This document shows, in pieces, positions 50,318 to 60,882 of a DNA stretch of 64,000 nucleotides. The first letter of the stretch is position 1, and each line of letters opens with the position of its first letter. The DNA comes from Octopus vulgaris (lineage: Eukaryota), in NCBI GenBank assembly GCA_951406725.2, contig OX597826.1:72850001-72914000 (forward strand), written 5' to 3'. The position numbers were made by a program, and so were the translations under genes. Below the pieces are notes generated by a model. The model ran no database searches and was not told the DNA's origin. It saw only the letters and a program-made list of their open reading frames with translations.

Positions 50318-53283
50318 ATGTGTGTCCGTGTCCACAACATTTCTTGACAACCGATGTTGGTGTTTACATCCCTGTAACTTAGCAGTTCGGCAAAAGTGAC
50401 CAATAGAACAAGTACTAGGCTTACAAAAAATAAGTCCTGGGCGTCGATTTGTTAGACTAAAGGCAGTGTTCCAGCATGGCCACAATCAAATGACTGAAAC
50501 AAGTTAAAGAATATATACACACACACAAACCTGACTAGAGCAATCATATATCTCTCCTACAAGACCCTCATTTTCGTCCCTTTGTCATATTCTAATGTCT
50601 CATCACTTGTCATGAAGCTACCTCCCTCCAATACCCCACATCTCATTTGAGACATCTTTTTCTTGCAATGTTACTTGGTGACCTTGCCAGTGTTGGTGCC
50701 ATGTAAAAAAAAAAACAAAACAAAAAAAACATCTAGTCCACTCTGCAACATGGTTGGCGTTAGGATAGTGAAGCTTGGCACAATCCTCTGGTTCACCAGT
50801 TCCTATCAAACCATGCCAGCATGGAAAATGGACATTAATTGATGAATATATATATATATATATATAACAATTTAATAAATAAAACATATGCATACATATA
50901 TACCTACATCTATATGTATATATACATGCATATATGAGTACAGGACACCACAAGTAAACGTAGAACACAACGAGAAACGAAAACATAAAACCAAACAAGG
51001 AAACGGACTTTTTTTTAACAACAAAAAAACAGAGTACAAGACAAACAACACAAGAAACATTCCCCTTCTTCAGCTGCCCCTGGTTCAACTCAATGCGTGT
51101 TTCGAAGGTAAGGGCAGAACACGACCACGCTGAAGCAGTCCTTCCCGTAAAATGAATTAAATAAAATTTTTTGCAGAGGGGTAAAAAAAAGTGACAAGAA
51201 CATGACGTAAAAGCAATACAAATCAAGAAAATAAAACAGTACAAATAAAGATAAAAACAGTAAAAGACAGGACAAAGAAACCAACAATAAGGGCTTTTTT
51301 AAAAGCTTAGACAGTGGAAAAATTTCGTTTCTTCTTCTTCCAAGTCTTATTTCGAATATATATATATATCTATATCCCTGCACATAAAAAGCACCTACTG
51401 ATCGTGACCGTTGCCAGCCTACCCTGGCACCTGTGCCGGTGGCACGTAAAAAACACCAACCGATCGTGGCTATTGCCAGCCTCCTCTGGCACGTAAAAAG
51501 CACCCACTACACTCACGGAGTGGTTGGCGTTAGGAAGGGCATCCAGCTGTAGAAACACTGCCAGATCAGACTGGAGCCTGGTGCAGCCTCCTGGCTTCCT
51601 AGACCCCTGTCGAACTGTCCAACCCATGCTAGCATGGAAATCGGACGTTAAACGATGATGATATATAAATGAAATTTATGTGGTCACTGAAATTGCTAAA
51701 AATAGTAGCCAAATCTGTTAAACTAAATAACAAACGTGCAGGCCATGATTAGAACACCTTTGATCACAGCTAACCTGGGGCTACAGATTGTCTGTATGCT
51801 ACGACGAAGAGAATTGGAGTTGTTCATCTATTGACGGATAAGAGAAGTAAAAGAGAATATTGATATCTGATGTGTAGCATTTTACTTTCATTTGGACTAA
51901 AATATAGAGAATTTATTGGTGCTTTAAAGTAGGTATTAGTGAAATTTATTTCATCACTGACTCTCGAAAGTGGAAGGACAAAACCCACGGAGAAATATAT
52001 AGCCTCCTCGTGGTACATGAAATATCTCCACCGAGCAGTGTTGTGTGTGGTGAGAGAACAAAGCGAAGGACTAAATACATTATAGAATTTAGTTTGGTCT
52101 TTTTCGTTTCAGAAGTCAGTCACTCCAACTCGGTCGACTATACAATCTTCCGGGGTCGATACATTAAGTAACATACATTCGTATCTTATCTTTCAAAAGT
52201 CAATGAAATAAAGATCTTCACCGCGTTATTGGGTGGATATTTTCGCTTATCTTTAATGAGAAGAGTATATTGTCGCTAAAGGCGGCGAGCTGGGAGAAAC
52301 GTTAGCACGCTGGGCGAAATGCTCAGCCGTATTTCGTCTGCCGTTACGTTCTGAGTTCAAATTCCGCCGAGGTCGACTTTGTCTTTCATCCTTTCGGGGG
52401 TCGATTAAATAAGTACCAGTTACGCACTGGGGTCGATATAATCGACTTAATCCGTTTGTCTGTCCTTGTTTGTTCCCTCTGTGTGTAGCCCCTTGTGGGC
52501 AGTAAAGAAATAGATTATATTGTCGCTTCTCCTTGCCTACAAAAGTAGTCAAGCAAGGTTGTTGAACAAAACAGAACTCAGCATTCAGAAACTAGTTTTG
52601 TAAATTGGTTCGCGGAAATGTCTTTCCTTTCTGTTCAATTTCTTAAATTAAAGTACAAAATAACCACATAGGAATATTTAACGTTCTGAAATTAATGAAA
52701 TAGTTGTTTAAAGGATACAATTAATACAGACTAATTAATAATAATAAAAATGGGTGGCGTGGTAACGAGGAATAATTTTGACTTCATTTAAATGAATAAT
52801 CTATTACTTTTAATTATTAACCTGAATCTAAATAGATTAGACAGGTTGTTGTTTAGCGAAAACTCAGTTTGATTCTGCAGAACAATGGTAAGGACATTCC
52901 AGCCATGACCATAAAGCGTATTCAGGACATTATCTATGTCCTTCGTTTTCCTTTTTAAGACTGAAGTGTGTGATTCGAAGGATATTTAGCAACTATTTCG
53001 TTCATATCGAGTGACCACGCAAAGACTGATCCCTGAAAGAGGCTTCTTTTTTTGTTTGGAGGTTAATGTAATTAATGAGAGTAAATGAGAAGTTACAGGT
53101 GAGAGCGATGAACGAGGAAGAGGTCATTGGAGGGTTTTTTGCAGGTAAGAGGTTTGAAAGTCAGGATTAACGGACCGGAGATATGATCTCCAAATAGGAA
53201 CGAGAAGCAGCGGCGCTAGTACACACACTAACCATTAAGCAAATGGGTGTGACAGTAGCATGGCATTTAGATAGATTACTTAC

Positions 53284-53380
53284 GGTGTTTGTTGATGGCG
53301 AGTCTCAGAAGCGACGGACAAAGACTTTAACCTTCACAGCAGAAGGAAGACGCTCGCTATCCCAGAATGCACTCTGACGA
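53284..53380 (-). promoter_or_regulatory. COX6C: Probable COX6C promoter and non-coding exon 1
   Basis: CpG-rich unique segment. Minus-strand pyrimidine start CTTCCTTCT (about 53341-53349), C|GTAAGT donor at 53283, and an adjacent ZNF143/SBS-like motif TATCCCAGAATGCA (about 53358-53371). Confidence 0.6.
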
Positions 53381-53785
53381 AGCGAGGTAACCCAATATAT
53401 ATAATATCAATTTCCTGCAAGGGAAATTACTCTTACGTAATTGCAATAGCAACCAAGGGAGATTACTGATGGTCAAACGGAGCCAGTGAGATGACCTCTT
53501 CGCAAGCATTCGAGTTACTAGAAACAGCAACCAAATCTATCCCCAATTAAGCAACATTGTTTAAAAGCGGTCGAGCATATATTAAATTATATGGTTCTGG
53601 CTATACAATACATAAAGAAAGCAAAAATTGATATTGTAATGGTTTCGTAGGTGAATGAGAACTGTCTGCTGAATCAGGACTAACCTTATATAGGGAGAGT
53701 TTACGAAAAAAATAGCAAAAGACGAAGACAGGTGGTGTACAAAGCAAGCAGATGTATTAGTATAACGCTCAGGAATAGAAAAAGT

Positions 53786-53821
53786 CTTTTACGTTTCGAG
53801 CCTACGCTCTTCTACAGAAAG
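53786..53821 (-). ncRNA. Variant hammerhead-like motif in a Penelope-like repeat (about 53690-53885)
   Basis: Minus strand CTTT-CTGTAGA-A-GAGC(GTAG)GCTC-GAAA-CG-TA-AAAG. Same architecture as 24160-24194, with a non-canonical core. Confidence 0.45.
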
Positions 53822-55240
53822 GGACACAGAAAAAAACAAGGAGAGAAAAAAAAAATGTGTGTAGTGGCTACCGATCTATCATGGTGACTCTAACCTTATA
53901 TACACAGTTAAAAAAAGCAATTGATTGACCAAGAAACCTGGTGTTAAATAATAGCATCTTTTACATATAAATCAAAGTGGAACTCGGAATCAACGTGGTG
54001 CTTCTACTAGAAATAGCAGCATAATATTCTTCAATCTTCCCCCCCCCAAAAAAATGGTAAAGAAGGACACATTGAATAATGCCGTACTAGTGATATAGCA
54101 CGTTTGAATAAAAGACGGAGTAGTCATGCACGGAATGTCTTTGATCGAAGGTTTGCTGTTATTAGATCTGTTATGACCGCTGTATAGCTATGTGATTTCA
54201 CATTCGATCCCAACGCACGGGTCTCGGGTGGATAAAGTCTTGTTAGTGAAAATTGGTAGATGAAAACTGCGTGGAAGTCCGCTTGAAGACCAGGGCCGTC
54301 ATAGCAGAATTATGAACCCCTGGCGGCGAGCTGGCGGAAACGTTTGCATGCCGGGCGAAATGCTTAGCAGTATTTCGTCTGCCGCTACGTTCTGAGTTCA
54401 AATTCCGCCGAGGTTCGACTTTGCCTTTCATCCTTTCGGGGTCGATTAAATAAGTACCAGTTACGCACTGGGGTCGATATAATCGACTTAATCCGTTTGT
54501 CTGTCCTTGTTTGTCCCCTCTATGTTTAGCCCCTTGTGGGCAGTAAAGAAATATGAATTATAAACCCCTGGACAAATCAATGCACTTGGCCCCATAGAAT
54601 TTATTTATTGACAGCAAGCGTGCACATACATACATCAGAATTGCCCCTGAGACCAGGGCAACTGCTCAGTATGCACAAATCATAAGACCTATTTCCGTTC
54701 TTCGGGTTAGATTTAATCCTTCACCCGGTTTAGTACCACCACCTTTGGTACCTTTAGTGGAGCTCACTCAGCTGTGGGTTTCTGGGGACGGTCTCCGGTT
54801 AGTAAGTAAGCTCCTGCGTTTTGCTTAGCGATCTCAGAGGCCTTGAAGAGAGTAATGACTGCTATTCTTCATCCTCTCACCAAGCCACGACTATTATTAC
54901 ATTCCGTACTTGACCTTCTCAACTCAGTAACAAAATCTTGATCACTGTCATTTAATACGAAGACCAGGACATATGGTTGAGCTAAGCTAAATCTTAGCGT
55001 GGCATTATTCACAGTAATGGAACCATTACATTATTAAATATCTAAAAAATTATATATTAATACGTTTAAATATTTGTTGTGCAAGATTTTTTATTTGAAG
55101 TCGTGTGTTGAAACAGATATTGTTATATTTCGGAATGGTCATATTGCCAGTTTAGCCAATAAAAACACACGCACTATATATTTGGTGTTATTTTGCTTCA
55201 GTGATATTTATTTTTTACTTTAATCTTAATCTTATTTCGG

Positions 55241-55280
55241 CCAGAGTTCTTTCGTCACACTCCTGTGACCGCATCAGTGG
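55241..55280 (-). ncRNA. Minimal hammerhead motif, slightly degenerate
   Basis: Minus strand CCA-CTGATGC-G-GTCAC(AGGAGT)GTGAC-GAAA-GAAC-TC-TGG. Confidence 0.55.
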
Positions 55281-55566
55281 TCCTTTGTTTTCTTCTTTCT
55301 TATTCGTTTGTGTCTCTCCTTACTAACCATCAGCCATTTTGTATTAATAATAAATGGGTAAAATTAATTAATTAAAGTAATTAATTAATCAATTAATTAA
55401 TAATTTTACCAAATAGCTCGGTACGTTAAAATAACCTTTATAGGTAGAATTATATAAATATTCTATAATTATAAACATAATTATAATTAGGGCTCAGCTA
55501 ATTGCTTCACCACACACCAAATTTAGAAATAGGAGTGTTTTTAATTACTTCTCTCTTCAGTGACTT

Positions 55567-55619
55567 CACTGAAAAAAGAAGTAAGTAATTAAAAACACTT
55601 TGATCTCGAAACGCGTCTG
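55567..55619 (+). ncRNA. Degenerate minimal hammerhead inside a fold-back cassette (55455-55780)
   Basis: CA-CTGAAAA-AAGA...TCTC-GAAA-CGCG-TC-TG. The adjacent inverted partial copy (55535-55563) preserves the ancestral CTGAAGA-GAGA. Confidence 0.5.
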
Positions 55620-55789
55620 TAGCTAATCGAAGTCGTGTTGATTCACTGTTTTTCTCTTTGCCTACGTGAAATTCTTACAGTAGTAGAAAAAGAATTTTCA
55701 ACCCCTATTTCTAAATTCGGTATGTGGTGAAGCAATTAGCTGACCCCTAATTATAATTATGTTTATAATTATAGAATATTCGTATAAAA

Positions 55790-55821
<32 letters not shown>

Positions 55822-55822
<1 letters not shown>

Positions 55823-56160
55823 TAGCAGAGATGCCCGACGTTGCTCAGGATTAAAATGGCATAGTTTGCATGTATATTATAGTTATGTTGAAACATGTGA
55901 TACGGGGGAATGCAGCATTGATGACGAAACATTTGTGGAGTAAATGGTGGGCTAATTCGATTGAGCAACATGACATGCGTCTGTATGGAGGATTCCACGC
56001 TCTAACCTCCCATGGAAAATTGGCAGTAGGAGGTTATGTGATTTTTGAATGCTTTGAAAAGCTGTCAGTAGATATACTCTCCGTTGCGGCTGTCGGCGCT
56101 GCAGCTACCACGACGCATCGTATGGTTGACAGTCGAATGAATGTAGGTGTAATGGAGATG
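55822..56160 (-). mobile_element. Helitron 3'-end remnant
   Basis: TTAGCAGAGATGCCCGACGTTGCTCAGG resembles the 3' terminus and hairpin of 47508-47535. The right boundary is uncertain. Confidence 0.45.
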
Positions 56161-56557
56161 TTTGTTTCTTTATTACCCACAAGGGACTAAACATAGAGGG
56201 GACAAATAGAGGGGACAGACAAACGGATTAAGTCGATTACATCGATCCCAGTGCGTAACTGGTACTTAAATTTATCGACCTCGAAAGGATGAAAGGCAAA
56301 GTCGACCTCGGCGGAATTTGAACTCAGAACGAGATAGAATGATGTTGTAAGAGAAAAGAAATTGAGCTAGTGAAAGTTATAAAGTCGAGGGAAGTTGTGT
56401 CTCAGTTGGCTGATTATAACTTTCTTTCTCCATCTGACCATTTGTCTTTAGTAACTGTCTGCTTGTGGCCATGACTAGTTGGTCTCTGTCCACTATCTGA
56501 TGGTCGCTCTCATTGACTAACTAACTTTTCTTGAGGGGATGTTCTCGTATTTATATG

Positions 56558-56939
56558 GAAGCACTCCGTCAGTTACGACGACGAGGGTTCCGGTTGATCC
56601 GAATCAACGGAACAGCTTGCTCGTAAAATTAATGTGTAAGTGGCTGAGTACTCCACAGACACGTACCCTTAACGTATTTCTCGGGGATATTCAGCGTGAC
56701 GCAGAGAGTGACAAGGCCGGCCCTTTGAAATACAGGTACAACAGAAACAGGAAGTAAGAGTGAGAGAAAGTTGTGGTGAAAGAGTACAGCAGGGATCACC
56801 ACCATCCCCTGCCGGAGCCTCGTGGAGCTTTTAGGTGTTTTCGCTCAATAAACACTCACAACGCCCGGTCTTGGAATCGAAACCGCGATCCTATGACCGC
56901 GAGTCCGCTGCCCTAACCACTGGGCCATTGCGCCTCCAC
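56558..56939 (-). mobile_element. Full-length SINE family B (tRNA-derived head GGAGGCGCAATGGCCCAGTGGTTAGGGC)
   Basis: A and B boxes. Near-identical inverted partner at 59041-59412. Confidence 0.85.
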
Positions 56940-57227
56940 TCTCGTATTTATAACTATCCAGAAGGATAGACATATCGTTGAGAACAATATATTTCGTTGG
57001 AGGTATGTGATATCTCTATTCTAGCTATTGGTGAAATAGATGAGGTTAGAAGAGTCAAGTGGCGAAGACGTTATTTTGCTTAACTAAGGGATCTGGCAAA
57101 TGTAACTACTGTCAATCACAGGAAAACTATTGTTTTACCGTGAGAAAAGTGCTGCTGAACTGTTAATTGAAATTTGGCTATCGAGGATCGAATCCACGCC
57201 ATGCCTGCAAGATCCACTACACACACA

Positions 57228-57315
<88 letters not shown>

Positions 57316-57565
57316 AAGAAATGAAGAAAATGCTGACAAAATAATTTAAGTAATTTATGTAATTTAATTAGGTGAAAGTTCTTTTTACCGGTTGCGCATT
57401 TGTTATGCTTATCAAAAGGTAGATTTTTTTTCCTCTTATCATATGCGCAACCGGTAAAAAGAACTTTCACCTAATTAAATTACTTAAATTACTTAAATTA
57501 TTTTGTCAGCATTTTCTTCATTTCCTTTTTTATATATCACAACTCGTGTTCCACATCTCCCTTTT

Positions 57566-57633
<68 letters not shown>

Positions 57634-57819
57634 TATTTCAAGGGATTTAGAGGTCAGATCTGATCAATGATCAAAGTCTTTCTAGCTATGTGAATTTTCT
57701 TTTCTTTTTTGTTAGGCCATAAATGTATCTTGCAGGAGACTCGGCGAATGAGTCTTTCGCTACAAGAACTTGCTAGAAAGTACAATGTCTCTTCGTTTAT
57801 CTATATAGAAACATGCTTC

Positions 57820-58910
57820 TTAGTTTCCGAGTGATTTCAGAGGAGGAGAGGAATTACTTCCGGGTAGGACAGAGGAGGAGGAGGAGTTACTTCCGGGTAA
57901 GTTCCTAGGAAGGGGAGGAATTACTTACGGGATAGTTCAGAGGGGAGAGGAAGGGGAGGAATTACTTCCGGGTAAGTTCAGAGGGGGCAAGGAATTACTT
58001 CCGTGTAAGTTCAGAGAGGAAGGCTTTACTTCCGGATAAGTTCCGAGAAGGGGGAGGAATTACTTCAGGGAAATTTTCGAGGAGGTGAAGGAGGGGGAGG
58101 AATTGCATTCGGATAAGTTCCGAGGAGGGAGAGGAAGGGGAGGATTTACTTCTGGGTTATTTCAGAGTGGGGTGGAATTACTACCGGGTAAGTTTAGAGG
58201 AAGAGGAAGTGGAGGAATTCCTCCGGGTAAGTTCACAGGGGAAGGAATTACTTGCACGTAAGTTCCGAGAAGTGGGAAGAAGGGGAGGAGGGGAGCGACT
58301 TCCTGGAGAAGTCCGAGGAGGGGGAATGGGAAACTTCCGATGAGGGGGAGCTGAGGTGGTAATGCGTGGATGATGCAGAGGGGTTGGAACTTCCTGGAAA
58401 ATCTGAGGAGGGAGTATCGGCAACTTCCTGGAGAGTTCCGAGGAGAAGAGAGCTGAGGGGGAAGGGGGAGGAATTACTCCCCGATAACTTCATGGGTGGA
58501 GTAATTACTTCCGGGTAAGTTCAGAGGAGGAAGGAATTACTTCCGGGTAAGCTCAGAAGGACAAGTAATTACTTCTGGGTAAGTTCAGAGAGGATGAGGA
58601 ATTACTTCTGGTAGGTTCAGAGGGGAGAGAAATTACTTCCGGGTAAGTTCAAAGGGGGGTGGAATTACTTTGCGTTAGTTCAGATGGGGAGAGGAATTAC
58701 ATACGGGTAGGTTCGGAGGAGAGGAGGAATTACTTCCAGGTAAGTTCAGGGGGGGGGGGAATTACATTCGGGTTAGTTCGGAGGGGGAGGAATTACTTCT
58801 GGGAAAGTTCTGAGGAGGGGAGGAAGGGCCGGATTTACTTCCGGTTTAGTTCAGATTGGGGAGGAACTACTCCCAGGTAATTTCAGATGGGGAGAAATAA
58901 CTTCCACCTG
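57820..58910. repeat. Degenerate minisatellite of about 30 units: GGAATTACTTCCGGGTAAGTTC plus variable G/A-rich linkers
   Basis: Units counted by eye, period roughly 30-45 bp, middle units more diverged. Confidence 0.9.
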
Positions 58911-59040
58911 AACTTAGTCGTGAAAAACAAATTGTTAAGGCTGAATAAAATCTGTGATATTTCGTTTTTCCTTCATTAATTTATTTTGGTACGTTTCATG
59001 CAGCTTTCACTAAACCTATCATTAATACTGTCATTTTCGT

Positions 59041-59412
59041 GGAGGTGCAATGGCCCAGTGGTTAGGGCAGCAGACTCGCGGTCATAGGATCGCGGTTTCG
59101 ATTCCCAGACCGGGCGTTGTGAGTGTTTATTGAGCGAAAATACCTAAAGCTCCACGAGGCTCCGGTGGTGATCCCTGCTGTACTCTTTCACCACAGCTTT
59201 CTCTCACTCTTACTTCCTGTTTCTGTTGTACCTGTATTTCAAAGGGCCGGCCTTGTCACTCTTTGTGCCACGTTGAATATTCCCGAGAACTACGTTAAGG
59301 GTACACGTGTCTGTGGAGTGCTCAGCCACTTACACGTTAATTTCACGAGCAGGCTGTTCCGTTGATTCGGATCAACCGGAACCCTCGTCGTCGTAACCGA
59401 CGGAGTGCTTCC
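59041..59412 (+). mobile_element. Full-length SINE family B
   Basis: Inverted near-copy of 56558-56939. A TSD-like ACTGTCATTTTCGT flanks both sides (59027-59040 and 59418-59431). Confidence 0.85.
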
Positions 59413-59459
59413 AAAAAACTGTCATTTTCGTTCGACTAAAATTTCTCCTGGTGTTGTCC

Positions 59460-59634
59460 AAGCATGGTAACTGAAATAAAAGGTAGCAGGCAAAAGAAAT
59501 TTTTTTTTTAAAAGCTGAGAGGAAAAGACGATCGCAGTTGTTTCCCCATAACCTTTTTTTATTTTCTGTGACGTAAGTGGGCGGCGGCAAATAGTATCAC
59601 TTCGCTAGTTTAGTAATGCTGTTACGGGCAACAA
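59460..59634 (+). promoter_or_regulatory. Candidate promoter or first non-coding exon of the zinc-finger gene
   Basis: CpG-rich patch with CRE-like TGACGTAA (59569-59576), GC box GGGCGG (59579-59584), X-box-like GTTACGGGCAAC (59621-59632) and a CAA|GTATGT donor. A second candidate UTR exon ends at AAG|GTAAAT (60741), with an acceptor at 60876. Confidence 0.4.
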
Positions 59635-59948
59635 GTATGTAATAGTAGTAGAGAACACTTAACTGTGGCACTTGTCTTTATTTGTCTCATGTAACAGAAA
59701 CACAAAATACTGATTACATGAACAAAGTGAAGTAGTCAAAACGAGGCGATTACTTTGACGTAAATTAATTTTTTGACATTATTTCAAAGTGAAAAATAAA
59801 ATTTTTAAAAATTGTTTTACAAGCAGGAACTTCTGATTAACGACTCGCACAGACTAAATTTTGTATAAAGCTAGTATTCCACTACATCTAGTATTGCGAA
59901 TGCTTTTCTTTTTAATTTAATTACAATTGACACCAGCACGACCCCAAA

Positions 59949-60424
59949 ATGTATGTATGTATGTACGTATGTATGTATGTATGTATGTATGTATGTATGT
60001 ATGTATGTATGTATGTATGTATGTATGTATGTATGTATGTATGTATGTATGTATGTTTTTATGTATATACGTATGTATGTATGTATGTATGTATGTATGT
60101 ATGTATGTATGTTTTTATGTATATACGTATGTATGTATGTATGTATGTATGTATGTACGTATGTACGTATGTATGTATGTATGTATGTATGTTTTTATGT
60201 ATATACGTATGTATGTATGTATGTATGTATGTATGTATGTATGTATGTACGTATGTACGTATGTATGTATGTTTTTATGTATATACGTATGTATGTATGT
60301 ATGTATGTATGTACGTATGTACGTATGTACGTATGTATGTATGTATGTATGTATGTATGTATGTATGTATGTATGTACGTATGTATGTATGTATGTACGT
60401 ATGTTTTTATGTATGTATGTATGT
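59949..60424. repeat. (TATG)n array with a recurring TTTTTATGTATATAC higher-order unit
   Basis: Seen directly. Confidence 0.95.
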
Positions 60425-60882
60425 TATTACCATCTCTCCCAACTTTTTTTTTTTTTTGATTGACTAAAAACTCGGTAAAATAAATTTTTCTTTTTCACTT
60501 GAAGTAAAAATAACTTTTGCAAGTTTGGGAAATAAAATAAGTTGAAAAGTTTCGAAGTATACTTTCCAATATGTTTTATCATCGTGGCTGAGTGATCTTA
60601 TACTATGACGTGTTGAGAGGTGTGGACGAGATTTTATCAGAATTTTACTTCCTTCCGTACGGAAATTACTTTCACTTTGATCGCACAGTTGTTGGTCACT
60701 CAGACGCTTTCCAATCACTTGTACGGACGTTTTATTGTAAGGTAAATAGTGTAAACTCGTTTCCTATTCGTCATTCTATCTAAGAATTATTGCATTGTTA
60801 GAGTTAATCTCAGTATTGACTTGTATTTAAAAGTATTGACTTGATTGAAATAAAAACAGCGCAGTTTCGTTTCAAGGGGAAA

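Noticed and set aside
57820-58910. CRISPR array (palindromic repeat with variable spacers)
   Set aside because: The repeats are degenerate, the linkers are short, low-complexity G/A runs rather than unique spacers, there are no cas genes, and the context is eukaryotic.
59041-59115. tRNA genes at SINE heads (also 17780-17853, 23346-23413, 32144-32215, 56865-56939)
   Set aside because: Each continues into a shared SINE body and lacks a proper cloverleaf.
5374-60467. Dozens of YI-, CV-, HT-, MYVC- and LSIY-rich ORFs in the track, including 11843-12631 and 59927-60467
   Set aside because: They are translations of (TA)n, (TG)n, (TATG)n and (TCTA)n microsatellites.
60841-60882. TTG start for the zinc-finger ORF as given in the track
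   Set aside because: Eukaryotic gene. The first ATG is at 60883 and a likely splice acceptor lies at 60876.
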